DNA of 64,000 nt, from NCBI GenBank assembly GCA_022616055.1, contig JAKEFM010000003.1, positions 5,091 to 69,090 of the forward strand. Reading direction: 5' to 3'. The position numbers and the translations under genes were made by a program. This DNA comes from Planctomycetota bacterium (GTDB lineage: Bacteria; Planctomycetota; UBA1135; JAKEFM01). The notes under the pieces are model-generated. The model saw nothing but the letters and a program-made list of their open reading frames with translations, made no database searches and was not told the DNA's origin. Positions 9,735 to 19,847 of the stretch are shown piece by piece (position 1 is the first letter of the stretch; every line of letters starts with the position of its first letter).

Positions 9735-10774
9735 CGGGACGACCCCTCACCTACCGCGACGCCGGCGTCGACATCGAGAGGAAGGTCCGCGCCACCCGCG
9801 CGGCGCTCGGGGCGATCCGGCAGACCTTCACCCCGAACGTCCTCTCGGACATCGGGCTGTTCGGGGGGCTCTTCCGCGTCGACCCCTCCTGGAAGGAGCC
9901 GGTCCTCGTCGCGACGACCGACGGCGTGGGGACCAAGCTCAAGGTCGCCCTCCTCGCCGGGCGGCACGACACGGTGGGGATCGACCTCGTGAACCACTGC
10001 GTGAACGACGCCCTCGTCCAGGGGGCGCGGCCCCTCTTCTTCCTCGACTACATCGGGATGGGGAGGGTGGAGGAGGGGGTGATCCGCTCGCTCCTCGAGG
10101 GGTGCGCCGCCGCCTGCCGGGCGAACGGCTGCGCCCTGATCGGCGGGGAGACGGCCGAGCTCCCCGAGCTCTACCCGGCGGGGGAGTACGACCTCGTCGG
10201 ATTCCTCGTCGGGGTGGTCGAGCGCGCGAGGATCGTCGACGGCTCTGGCGTCCGGGCGGGCGACCGGCTCCTCGGGGTCCCCTCGAGCGGCCTCCACACG
10301 AACGGCTACTCCCTCGCCCGCAAGATCGTCTTCGACCGCCTCGGGCTCTCGGTCTCCTCCAGGGTGGATCGGCTCGGGACGACGGTGGGGGAGGCGCTCC
10401 TCCGCACCCACCTCTCCTACCTCCCCGCCGTGGGGCCCCTCCTCGACGCCGGGGTCCCGATCCGGGGGATGGCCCACATCACGGGCGGGGGCCTCCTCGA
10501 CAACCTCCCGCGCATCCTCCCGAAGGGGCTGCGCGCGCGCGTCCTGAAGGGCTCCTGGCCGATCCCGGAGCTCTTCGCATGGCTCGTCTCGGCCGGGGAC
10601 GTTCCGGAGGAGGAACGCTACCGGGTCTTCAACATGGGGATCGGTCTCGTCCTCGTCCTCCCGCCGGAGGCGCTCCCCCGCGCCCGCTCGATCCTGCGGG
10701 AGGGCGGCTTCGAGTCCCACGAGATCGGCGAGATCGTCCCGGGAGAGGGAGGGGTCGAGCTCCTCCAGCCGTGA
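9731..10774 (+). CDS. purM: Phosphoribosylformylglycinamidine cyclo-ligase (AIR synthetase)
   Basis: TYRDAGVD, TDGVGTK, GGETAE, SSGLHTNGYSL, HITGGG, FNMGIG; GTG overlaps the NUDIX stop. Confidence 0.97.
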   Translation: MTGRPLTYRDAGVDIERKVRATRAALGAIRQTFTPNVLSDIGLFGGLFRVDPSWKEPVLVATTDGVGTKLKVALLAGRHDTVGIDLVNHCVNDALVQGARPLFFLDYIGMGRVEEGVIRSLLEGCAAACRANGCALIGGETAELPELYPAGEYDLVGFLVGVVERARIVDGSGVRAGDRLLGVPSSGLHTNGYSLARKIVFDRLGLSVSSRVDRLGTTVGEALLRTHLSYLPAVGPLLDAGVPIRGMAHITGGGLLDNLPRILPKGLRARVLKGSWPIPELFAWLVSAGDVPEEERYRVFNMGIGLVLVLPPEALPRARSILREGGFESHEIGEIVPGEGGVELLQP

Positions 10775-10794
10775 TATCCCATCCGCCTGCGCCC

Positions 10795-10810
10795 CGGCAC
10801 GGGGTTAGCA
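10795..10810 (+). promoter_or_regulatory. Candidate sigma-54 -24/-12 promoter
   Basis: CGGCACGGGGTTAGCA has GG-N10-GC spacing, close to TGGCACG-N4-TTGCW, 31 nt upstream of ATG 10842, which has a GGAG SD. Confidence 0.5.
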
Positions 10811-10841
10811 TCCGGCCAGGCGAAGGCCCCGGAGACCCTCG

Positions 10842-12170
10842 ATGATCCTTCTCGCCCTGTTCCTCCCCCTCCTCTGCGCCCAGGCTCCGGCGAGCGCGCC
10901 AACCCCTCCCAAGCAGGTCTGGTCAGCGGACGAGCGGACGAAGGTCGCCGACCTGATCCGGAAGCTGGACGAGGCGCGGCAGAAGGAGAAGGGGGAGAAG
11001 GAGGCGAGGGAGAACCTGGTCAAGGGGCTGGACGCCATGGGCAAGAAGTACAAGGCGGACCCCCTCTCCTTCGTCGGCGACCTCCAGGAGGTCCTCGAGG
11101 AGATCCCGAAGTACAAGAGCCACGCCTCGCACCCGGCGATCGGCAAGGAGGCGCTCCACAGGCCCGAGGGCGAACCCAGGGCGGGGGGGTTCCAGTTCAT
11201 CCTTCGGCTGCCGAAGGGGTACGACGCCAAGCGCCCCTGGCCCTTCCTCCTCGTGATCCCTCCGGTGGGGGAGAAGCCCGACGCCTACCTGCGCTCGGCG
11301 TGGAAGGACGAGGGCCTCCTCGCCACGACGATCCTCGCCGCGCCGGAGATGCCGGCGAAGGTCGCCGAGTGGCGCCAGCTCGAGGGGGGGGTCACCGCCG
11401 CGATGAAGACGTTCGGCGAGGCCCTCTCCCAGTTCAACGTGGACCGGGACCGCGTCGTCGTCGCGGGCGGGAAGGATGGGGGGGCGTTCGCGATCACCCT
11501 CGCCTCCTACTACCCGGACCGGTTCGCCGGGGCGGTCTCCCGTCTCGGGGGCGGGGAAGGGGCCGCGCTCGTGAACCTCGGGAACGTCCCGACCTACTTC
11601 ACGGGGGGGAGCGACGTGACGAAGAAAGTCTCCGACGCGGCGAAGGAGCTGCGGCGCGACAGCGTGAAGGTCGCCGAGGCGGACGAACTCGCCGAGATCG
11701 CGAAGTGGATCGGGGAGCGCGCCCGCAATCCCGTCCCGGCCGAGGTGGTCTTCTCCCCGGTCCAGGCGTTCACGCGCAACGCCTACTGGTTCAAGATCGA
11801 GAACTTCGAGATCGCCACCGACTACTTCGGGACCCCCGTCAACGAGCGGCCCCTCCTCTCCGCGAAGATCGCCCGGGGCACGAACACGGCGGAGTTCGAG
11901 GCGCGCGGGATCACCGACTTCTGGATCTTCCTCTCCGACGCCCTCCTCGACCTCGACAAGCCGATCAAGGTGGTGGTGAACGGGAAGCCCTGGGAGGGGA
12001 GCTACAAGCGGGAGCTCGAGAAGTTCCTCGAGTCGCGGCGGCTGCGCGCCGACCCCCGGATGACCTTCGTCGCCTGGCACGTGAGCTCCGTCCCGAAGGC
12101 CGGGAACGGGAACACCCCCCCCAAGGTCGCCGGGCCGCCGGAAAACCCTCCCACGCGCCCTGGGCGCTGA
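10842..12170 (+). CDS. Secreted alpha/beta-hydrolase-fold (esterase/peptidase-like) protein with degenerate nucleophile elbow
   Basis: Signal peptide MILLALFLPLLCAQ; LRLPKGYDAKRPWP, FNVDRDRVVVAGGKDGGAFA...YPDRFAGAV, LDLDKPIKVVVNG. Confidence 0.72.
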   Translation: MILLALFLPLLCAQAPASAPTPPKQVWSADERTKVADLIRKLDEARQKEKGEKEARENLVKGLDAMGKKYKADPLSFVGDLQEVLEEIPKYKSHASHPAIGKEALHRPEGEPRAGGFQFILRLPKGYDAKRPWPFLLVIPPVGEKPDAYLRSAWKDEGLLATTILAAPEMPAKVAEWRQLEGGVTAAMKTFGEALSQFNVDRDRVVVAGGKDGGAFAITLASYYPDRFAGAVSRLGGGEGAALVNLGNVPTYFTGGSDVTKKVSDAAKELRRDSVKVAEADELAEIAKWIGERARNPVPAEVVFSPVQAFTRNAYWFKIENFEIATDYFGTPVNERPLLSAKIARGTNTAEFEARGITDFWIFLSDALLDLDKPIKVVVNGKPWEGSYKRELEKFLESRRLRADPRMTFVAWHVSSVPKAGNGNTPPKVAGPPENPPTRPGR

Positions 12171-12189
12171 CGCGGGCATCCCCCCCCGC

Positions 12190-13785
12190 GTGACCCAGGG
12201 CACGGAGCGGCCTGCCTCCCCTCCCCCGCGGGCCGGGGCCGTCCTCCTCGCCGCCGGCTTCGCCGGCTTCGCCGGGATGTCGGTCGAGCTTGCCGCGGTC
12301 CGGCTCCTCGCGCCGCACTTCGGGGCGACGGTCTTCGTCTGGACGAACGTGATCGGCGTCGTCCTCGCCGCCCTCGCCGCGGGGACCTTCGTCGGGGGGA
12401 CGCTCGCCGACCGCCGGGAGCCGGGCCGCCTCCTGCGAGGCAGTCTCGCCGTGGCCGGCCTCCTGTGCCTCCTCGCCCCGTTCCTCGCGCGCCCCCTCGG
12501 CGAACTCCTCATCCCTGCCGAGGCGGGCCTGCGCCTGGAGGACTCCCTCCCCGTCGTCACGGGAGGCTCCCTCGCCGTCTCCCTCGCCCTCTTCGCGCCC
12601 CCCCTCTTCTTCCTCGGGGCCCTCTCGCCGGTCGCCGTCCGGACGATCGCCGCGACCGGCACCGGCGTCGGCCGGGCGGCGGGATCGGTCTTCGCCCTCT
12701 CGACGGTCGGCTCCCTCCTCGGCACCTTCGGGACGACCCACCTCCTCGTCCCCCTGGCGGGCGTGCGGAACACATTCTTCCTCTCGGGAGGGATCCTCCT
12801 CCTCGCCTCCCTCCTCGTCGCCCCCCGCCGCGCCGCGGCGTTCGCCCCGCTTCTCGGCCTCCCGGTCCTCGCCGCGCTGACCGGTGGGGGCGGGGCCGCT
12901 CGGGCGCTCGCGGCGGGGGAGGAGAGGCTCTGGGCGGCGGACACCCCCTACCAGTACGTCGAGCTCGTCCGCCAGGGACCGAGGCGCATCCTCCGGGTGA
13001 ACGAGGGCCTCGACTCCTTCCAGTCCCTCCTCGTCGACGGGACCCCCTGGACCGAGGCCTACTACGACCTCCTCCCGCTCGCTCCCCTCCTCGCGGAGGT
13101 GGGGGAGGGGGAGCCGCTGCGTGTCCTCGTCGTCGGCCTCGGCGGGGGGACGGTGAGCCGGCTCTACCACGCCCTCTTCGCCTCGAACCGCGACCTCTCG
13201 ATCGAGGGGATCGAGATCGATCCCGGCCTCATCGAGTCGGCCCGCGCCCGCTTCGACCTCACGGCGGACCTCCATCCCCGCCTTCGGATCCACGGAGGCG
13301 TCGACGGGCGGGTCGCGCTCCGCGCGCTGCGCGGCCCCTACGACGTCATCGTGCTGGACGCCTACGCGCAGCAGCTCCACATCCCGCCTCACCTCGCTTC
13401 CCTCGAGGCCTTCGAGGCGGCCCGCGAGCGCCTCGCGCCGGGCGGCATCCTGGCGGCGAACGTCGACGGCTTCGGCTTCGAGGACCCCGTGGTCGCCGCC
13501 ATCGGCGGGACCCTCGCCGCCGCCTTCCCGACCGTCGAGGCGGTCCGGGTGCGGGACACCCGCAACGTCGTCATCTTCGCCCGGAAGGAGGGGCCGCTCG
13601 ACTGGGAGGGCGCGCGCCGTCGGGCTTCCGATCCGGAACTCCTCCAGCGCGCCGGGTACGCCGCCTGCCCGCCCGTCCGCCGCATCTACCCTCCCGCGCC
13701 GGAGGGGGACCGGCTCCGGGATTCCGCCTCCCGGCTCGACCTCCTCCTGATCCGCTCGCTCTGGCGCGCGGCGCTCCGCACGTGA
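12190..13785 (+). CDS. Fused MFS-like membrane domain / spermidine-synthase-like SAM-binding domain
   Basis: N-terminal TMs (MSVELAAVRLLAPHFG, STVGSLLGTF); C-terminal VLVVGLGGG, IEIDP, DGRVAL, YDVIVLDAY, IPPHL. Confidence 0.88.
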   Translation: MTQGTERPASPPPRAGAVLLAAGFAGFAGMSVELAAVRLLAPHFGATVFVWTNVIGVVLAALAAGTFVGGTLADRREPGRLLRGSLAVAGLLCLLAPFLARPLGELLIPAEAGLRLEDSLPVVTGGSLAVSLALFAPPLFFLGALSPVAVRTIAATGTGVGRAAGSVFALSTVGSLLGTFGTTHLLVPLAGVRNTFFLSGGILLLASLLVAPRRAAAFAPLLGLPVLAALTGGGGAARALAAGEERLWAADTPYQYVELVRQGPRRILRVNEGLDSFQSLLVDGTPWTEAYYDLLPLAPLLAEVGEGEPLRVLVVGLGGGTVSRLYHALFASNRDLSIEGIEIDPGLIESARARFDLTADLHPRLRIHGGVDGRVALRALRGPYDVIVLDAYAQQLHIPPHLASLEAFEAARERLAPGGILAANVDGFGFEDPVVAAIGGTLAAAFPTVEAVRVRDTRNVVIFARKEGPLDWEGARRRASDPELLQRAGYAACPPVRRIYPPAPEGDRLRDSASRLDLLLIRSLWRAALRT

Positions 13786-14339
13786 GGTTCCCCGCCTCGA
13801 TCCTCCTCTCCCTGCTCGGTGGGACGCAGGAGGAGGCCGCGAGGCTCGCGGCGGAGGTCTTCGCCCTCGAGCGGTCCGACCCCTCGCGCGCGCTCGCCGC
13901 TCTCGATCGCGCTCTCGCGCTCGCGCCGTCCGACCCCGAGGTGAAGAAGGCGGCGCTGTACCTGCGCCTGCGGCTGCGCGACCTCGAAGGAGCCGAGGAG
14001 GTCGGGCGATCCTTCCTGGCCGGGCGGACCCCGGACCCGCTCCCCTGGATCTGGCTCGGAAACGTCGCCTTCTGGCGGCGGGACCTCGAGGCGGCCGATG
14101 CGCGCTACCGGGAGGCGCTGCAGCGGGCGGGAGAAGGCCCGGCGGCCGAGGACGCGAGGGCGAAGCTCGCCCAGGTCGCGGAGGAGCGGGCCTATCGGGA
14201 TCGCGCGGGAGCGATCGCGCGGAGGTCCCTCGCGCTCGGCGCGGGCGCGCTCCTCTTCCTCCTCGGTGGGTGCGCGGCGCTCCTGCGGTTCGCGCGCGCG
14301 GGATCGTCCCGGCCGGGACGGGCGAGACCTCCGGGTTAG
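13782..14339 (+). CDS. TPR protein with C-terminal TM anchor
   Basis: GTG overlaps the previous stop; ALAALDRALALAP, WIWLGNVAFWRRDLEAADARYREAL; C-terminal hydrophobic helix. Confidence 0.72.
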   Translation: MRFPASILLSLLGGTQEEAARLAAEVFALERSDPSRALAALDRALALAPSDPEVKKAALYLRLRLRDLEGAEEVGRSFLAGRTPDPLPWIWLGNVAFWRRDLEAADARYREALQRAGEGPAAEDARAKLAQVAEERAYRDRAGAIARRSLALGAGALLFLLGGCAALLRFARAGSSRPGRARPPG

Positions 14340-14384
14340 GCGAGTCGACCGCGGGCCGGAAGCATCCCACCCGGCGAGCCCCCA

Positions 14385-15200
14385 TCACGTGGGAGCCGGG
14401 GCGCTCACCAGGTCGAGGAGCCACCGGGCGCGAACCGGGCTCCCCGCGACCCCGGGGTAGGCGTCCCGGAGGCGGGGAGGGGAGAGGTCGAAACCCTCGA
14501 TGGGGGAGCCGTCGAATCGGAGCAGGACCCCTCCGGCCTCGCGCAGGATGAGGGCCGCCGCGGCCAGATCGTGGCAGCGCGCCGTCTCGTCGAGACCGGC
14601 GTCGAAGGCGTCGCTCGCGACGGCGAGGAGGTGGAGGACCGCCGAGCCGAGGCGCCGGAACTTCCCGACCTGACCCAGGAAGCGGGGGAGATAGGGCCGC
14701 ATCCCGCGCCGCGACTGGAGACCCACGATCGGCGAGGGAGCGGGGGGGCGATCCTGAAGGTGGAGGCGTCGGGCCCCCTTCCACGCCCCGCCTCCCCGCT
14801 CCGCCCGGTAGGCGACCCGCTCGAGTGCGGAGAAGGCGGCCGTCGCGACGGGGGCGCGCTCGTGGAGGAGGGCGATCGAGACGGCGAAGAGGGGAAGGCC
14901 CGCGGCGAAGTTCCCCGTCCCGTCGATTGGGTCGACGACCCAGGTGAAGGGTCGCTCCGGGGCGAGGAAGCCACTCTCCTCCCCGTAGAGCCCGTGGTCG
15001 GGGTACTTCGCGGCGATCTCGGCGAAGATCCGCCTCTCGACGGCGAGGTCGGCGTCGGTGACCGGGTCGTCGGGCGATCCCTTCGGCCTCGCGAGGGAGG
15101 GCCGCAGGCCGGCGAGGATCGCCTTCCCCTCCCGCCCGGCGAGCCTCGCGGCGAATCGGGAGGCGTCCCGGAGGAAGGCGCGGGAAGGGAGGGGGGTCAA
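14385..15200 (-). CDS. Inositol monophosphatase family protein
   Basis: VTDADLAVE, GEE, WVVDPIDGTGNF, RRLGSA, DLAAAALILREAGG. Confidence 0.9.
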   Translation of the reverse strand: MTPLPSRAFLRDASRFAARLAGREGKAILAGLRPSLARPKGSPDDPVTDADLAVERRIFAEIAAKYPDHGLYGEESGFLAPERPFTWVVDPIDGTGNFAAGLPLFAVSIALLHERAPVATAAFSALERVAYRAERGGGAWKGARRLHLQDRPPAPSPIVGLQSRRGMRPYLPRFLGQVGKFRRLGSAVLHLLAVASDAFDAGLDETARCHDLAAAALILREAGGVLLRFDGSPIEGFDLSPPRLRDAYPGVAGSPVRARWLLDLVSAPAPT

Positions 15201-15248
15201 TTCGCCGCGCAGTCTACGCGGGCGGGACCCTCGATCGGCGGGGGGCGA

Positions 15249-16022
15249 TCAGCAGCAGAGGCAGCGCGCGGTCGCAAGAGGGAGGACCTCGCTCTCGCGG
15301 GTCCGGGGCTCGTCCGCGAGCTTCCGGATATCGACGGTCCACTCCTCGCCGGACGGACGCGCGATCCACTCGAAGGCGCCGGTCCACTCGAGCTCGAAGG
15401 GCGCCCGCAGGAGGGAGGGCTCGCCGTGGGTCCGGACGGCGAGGGTCGACCCGACGGACAGCGCGCGGAACACCCGGGAGAGGACGGCCGGCCGTTCCCA
15501 CGCCGGGATCTCCCGGAGATCGAGGCGTCCCCACTGCGGCTCGCCCGCGATCGGGGCCTGCGGGACTCCCACGGCCTCGATCCACCGGACGGCCCGCTCC
15601 AGCTCTCGCCGGTCCCCCGGCGTGAGCATGCGGAAAGCGGTCGGGAAGAGGACGCGGTGCTCCGCCTCCATGTGCTTGCGCAGGAGCGAGACGAGGGCGC
15701 CGCTCGCGTACCTCACCCTGGCGGGGTCGGCGGTCCGCACGGCCCCGGCGATCGTCGCGAGGAGGCTCCGGGCCGTTGCGTGATCCTGCCGGAGGATGTC
15801 GATCGGCCCCTTCGGGATCCGGCGGAGGAGGATGGGGAAGAGGGCCTTCTCCTCCAGGTCGAAGTGCAGGGGAAGGTCTCGCTCCAGGAGCCGGACGACC
15901 TCCCGCAGCCGTTCCGGGAAGACGTCTCCCGGCTCACGGAGGAGGGAACCGAGTTCCTCGACGAGAGGACCGAACTCCAGGTCCTCCGATTCGATCCGAT
16001 GCACCGTGTCTCTCGCCGTCAT
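15249..16022 (-). CDS. Hemerythrin/HHE domain plus DUF2249 protein
   Basis: GGAGG SD before ATG 16022; HFDLEEKALFP, QDH, HMEAEHRVLFP; DUF2249-like LDLREIPAWER...HGEPSLL; ends RCLCC. Confidence 0.8.
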   Translation of the reverse strand: MTARDTVHRIESEDLEFGPLVEELGSLLREPGDVFPERLREVVRLLERDLPLHFDLEEKALFPILLRRIPKGPIDILRQDHATARSLLATIAGAVRTADPARVRYASGALVSLLRKHMEAEHRVLFPTAFRMLTPGDRRELERAVRWIEAVGVPQAPIAGEPQWGRLDLREIPAWERPAVLSRVFRALSVGSTLAVRTHGEPSLLRAPFELEWTGAFEWIARPSGEEWTVDIRKLADEPRTRESEVLPLATARCLCC

Positions 16023-16215
16023 GGTTGCCTCCGGAGGGTTCGCGGGGAGGGAGCCCCCCGGGTGCATCAATCCGCGCGCCGGGCCGGGCGGGGCGGGACT
16101 CCACATCCGGGGCGGCGGGTCCGCCCGAAAAAAAGCGCCGGGCGCGGAAAGGTTTCTCCTCCGGCGGCGGTCGGGGGCGGTTGCCGGCCCCCCCGGCGAC
16201 CGATATGAGGGCGGG

Positions 16216-16851
16216 ATGACGGGGCCGACACGGTTCCTCTGGATCCGGCACGGCGAGGTCGATCCGGCCTGGGGAGCCCGCGTCTACGGCGATCTCGACG
16301 TCCCCCTCTCGGACCGCGGTCGGGCCCAGGCGAAGGAGGTCGCCGGTTGGCTCTCGGGAACCCGCCTGGACGCGGTCGTCTCGACCGACCTCGCCCGGTC
16401 GCGGTTCGGGGCCGAGGCGATCGCCTCCGCCCACGGCCTTCCGGTCACGCTCGAGCGCGACCTTCGCGAGCTCGACCGCGGGGCCTGGCGCGGGCTGACC
16501 TGGGAGGAGGTCGAGGGGAAGTTCCCCGGCGGGAGGCGGCGCTTCCTCGAGGACCCCGACTGGCGCGAGCACGGGGGGGAGAGCCTGAACCAGGTGGGGG
16601 GGAGGATCGTCCCGGCGGTGGGGCGGCTGGCGGCCCGCCACGCGGGGGGGACGATCGCGGTCGTTGGGCACCTCTGGCCGATCCGGATCGCGATCGCCTC
16701 GGCGCTGCGCCTTCCCCTCTCCCGCGTGATCCACCTCCAGGTCGAGCCGGGGACGATCGGGGTCGTCGACCTCCACGACCGGGGCGGCGTCCTCCTCGGC
16801 CTGAACCTCCGGCAGCCGCCCCCCGCGATTCCCTCCGAGTCGCCTCCCTAG
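16216..16851 (+). CDS. Histidine phosphatase (CobC/PGM-like)
   Basis: RHGE, DVPLS..G..QA, LRELDRGAWRGLT, GGESL, VVGH. Confidence 0.9.
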   Translation: MTGPTRFLWIRHGEVDPAWGARVYGDLDVPLSDRGRAQAKEVAGWLSGTRLDAVVSTDLARSRFGAEAIASAHGLPVTLERDLRELDRGAWRGLTWEEVEGKFPGGRRRFLEDPDWREHGGESLNQVGGRIVPAVGRLAARHAGGTIAVVGHLWPIRIAIASALRLPLSRVIHLQVEPGTIGVVDLHDRGGVLLGLNLRQPPPAIPSESPP

Positions 16852-17339
16852 GAGACCTCGGCGCGGGCCGAGGCGCGGCGCTTCATCAGGACGACCCAGT
16901 GTCCCTCGACGACCGCCTCGCCCCGCTGGTTTCGCACCGTCGTCCCGAAGACGACGACGCCGCGGCGAGGGGAGGTCGCCTCGCGCTTCTCCGCGACGGT
17001 GAGCTCGAGGTGGATCGTGTCCCCGAAGAGGACCGGGTCCTTGTACCGGATCACCATCTCGAGGAGGGCGAGGGTCGTCCCGTCGAACAGTCCCGTCTGG
17101 TTCCCGAGGCCGGAGGCGATCGAGTTGACGAGCATCCCGTGGGCGATCCGGCGCCGGAAGGGAGTGCGCTTCGCGAATTCCTCGTCGGTGTGGAGCGGGT
17201 TCCAGTCGCCGGAGAGCCCGGCGAAGGCGACGACATCGGCCTCGGTGATCGTCCTCCCGGGCGAGAGGAAGCGCTCCCCGATCTCGAACTCGTCGAAGTG
17301 CTTGCCCCGCGGGTCCGCGGGAGGGAGGGGGGAGGCCAA
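16848..17339 (-). CDS. MaoC-family (hotdog) dehydratase
   Basis: FDEFEIGE, GRTITEADVVAFAGLSGDWNPLH, RIAHGML, PVLFGDTI; start TTG 17339 is approximate. Confidence 0.9.
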   Translation of the reverse strand: MASPLPPADPRGKHFDEFEIGERFLSPGRTITEADVVAFAGLSGDWNPLHTDEEFAKRTPFRRRIAHGMLVNSIASGLGNQTGLFDGTTLALLEMVIRYKDPVLFGDTIHLELTVAEKREATSPRRGVVVFGTTVRNQRGEAVVEGHWVVLMKRRASARAEVS

Positions 17340-17383
17340 GGGGCGGGGAGGGGCGGGCAGGTGAGATTCTACCCCTGGGGTCC

Positions 17384-18832
<1,449 letters not shown>

Positions 18833-18862
18833 AGGGGGGGTCGCAGGGGGACGGGCGGGATT

Positions 18863-19609
18863 CTACCGGGAGCGGCCCCGGCGGAAGGCGAACTCGATGC
18901 GCCGGCTCTCCCCGGGGCCGAGTGAAAGGGCCTGCGACTGCTCCCCGAGCGTCTCGTGCCAGGCGAAGATCTCGAGCTCGCCGGGCGGCAGGTCGGGAAG
19001 GTCGAACGCCCCTGCCTCGCCCGTCACCGCGAAGAACGGGGTCGAGAGGACCGCGATCCAGGCGCCCGTCCAGGTGTGGACGTTGTCCTCGATCCGGATT
19101 CCGACTTCCTCCTGGTCGAACCTCCGCACGACCTCCTCGTCCGGCTTGGGGAGAGTCAGGTTGAACCCGAGGTTCTTCCGCGGAGCGCACTTCAGGTTGA
19201 ACCCGCAGGTCGACCGATTCCGGACCGCCACCGGCTGCCCGGCCCGCAACGCGAGGACGTGGGGACGGAGCAATCCTCCCCGGACCTCGAGCGGCACAGG
19301 CGCTGCGGGACTCGAGAACTTATGGCCGGCGAGCGCGGGCGAGGTCGCGCGGACGAAGACGACCGCGTCCCGGACGGTCCCATTCGGATTCACGATCAGG
19401 TCCTCGCGGGCGATCGCCTTCCCGGCGTTCTCCGCGGCGCAGCTCGGACAGGAGGCGAAGTCGATCAGCCCCGGCCTCGGCGGGTCGCCGAGGACCTTGA
19501 CGAGTCCGGAGAGCCGCGCGCCCGCGGAATTCCGAGCCGAGTTCGCCGCAGGGCAGAGGGCCGGCGCGAGGACCACGATCGCAAACACGGCCAGCGAGCC
19601 GGGTAGCAT
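18863..19609 (-). CDS. Secreted cupredoxin-like / carboxypeptidase-regulatory-like domain protein
   Basis: GGAGG SD; signal peptide; VRDAVVFV, PHVLALRAGQ, DNVHTW, PFFAVT..G.F.LPDLPPG, AWHETLG. Confidence 0.8.
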   Translation of the reverse strand: MLPGSLAVFAIVVLAPALCPAANSARNSAGARLSGLVKVLGDPPRPGLIDFASCPSCAAENAGKAIAREDLIVNPNGTVRDAVVFVRATSPALAGHKFSSPAAPVPLEVRGGLLRPHVLALRAGQPVAVRNRSTCGFNLKCAPRKNLGFNLTLPKPDEEVVRRFDQEEVGIRIEDNVHTWTGAWIAVLSTPFFAVTGEAGAFDLPDLPPGELEIFAWHETLGEQSQALSLGPGESRRIEFAFRRGRSR

Positions 19610-19775
19610 GCGTGCACCTCCCTCGGGATCGTTGCGCCGGAGGAAGGCGGCCAGGGCAGGGGCGGGAATCCACCGGATTTCCACGGGCGTCCGGCGGTGT
19701 TTTCCACAAAGGGCTCAACTCACCGCCAACCATCTCGGAGCGCGGGGCTTGCGGCCGACCCGCGCCGGACCGTTC

Positions 19776-19803
19776 GCACAACATAATCATCCTTATCGGA
19801 CGT
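19776..19803 (-). other. dif-like XerCD recombination site (28 bp)
   Basis: Minus strand ACGTCCGATAA-GGATGA-TTATGTTGTGC: 11-6-11 layout with ATAA/TTATGT inner cores, in an AT-rich intergenic patch. Confidence 0.6.
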
Positions 19804-19847
19804 TGTGCGGATCGCTCTTCGGGGAGCGAGAACGGGCAGGAAGGCCC

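Noticed and set aside
16128-16146. GCGC-CCG-GCGC-T7 on the minus strand upstream of the hemerythrin gene
   Set aside because: Stem of only 4 bp; too weak to call a terminator.
19701-19709. TTTTCCACA DnaA-box-like 9-mer
   Set aside because: Single box, no cluster, no DUE and no dnaA/dnaN nearby; not an origin.
19782-19797. Fur-box-like CATAATCATCCTTATC
   Set aside because: Poor 7-1-7 symmetry; the 11-6-11 dif layout explains the same bases better.
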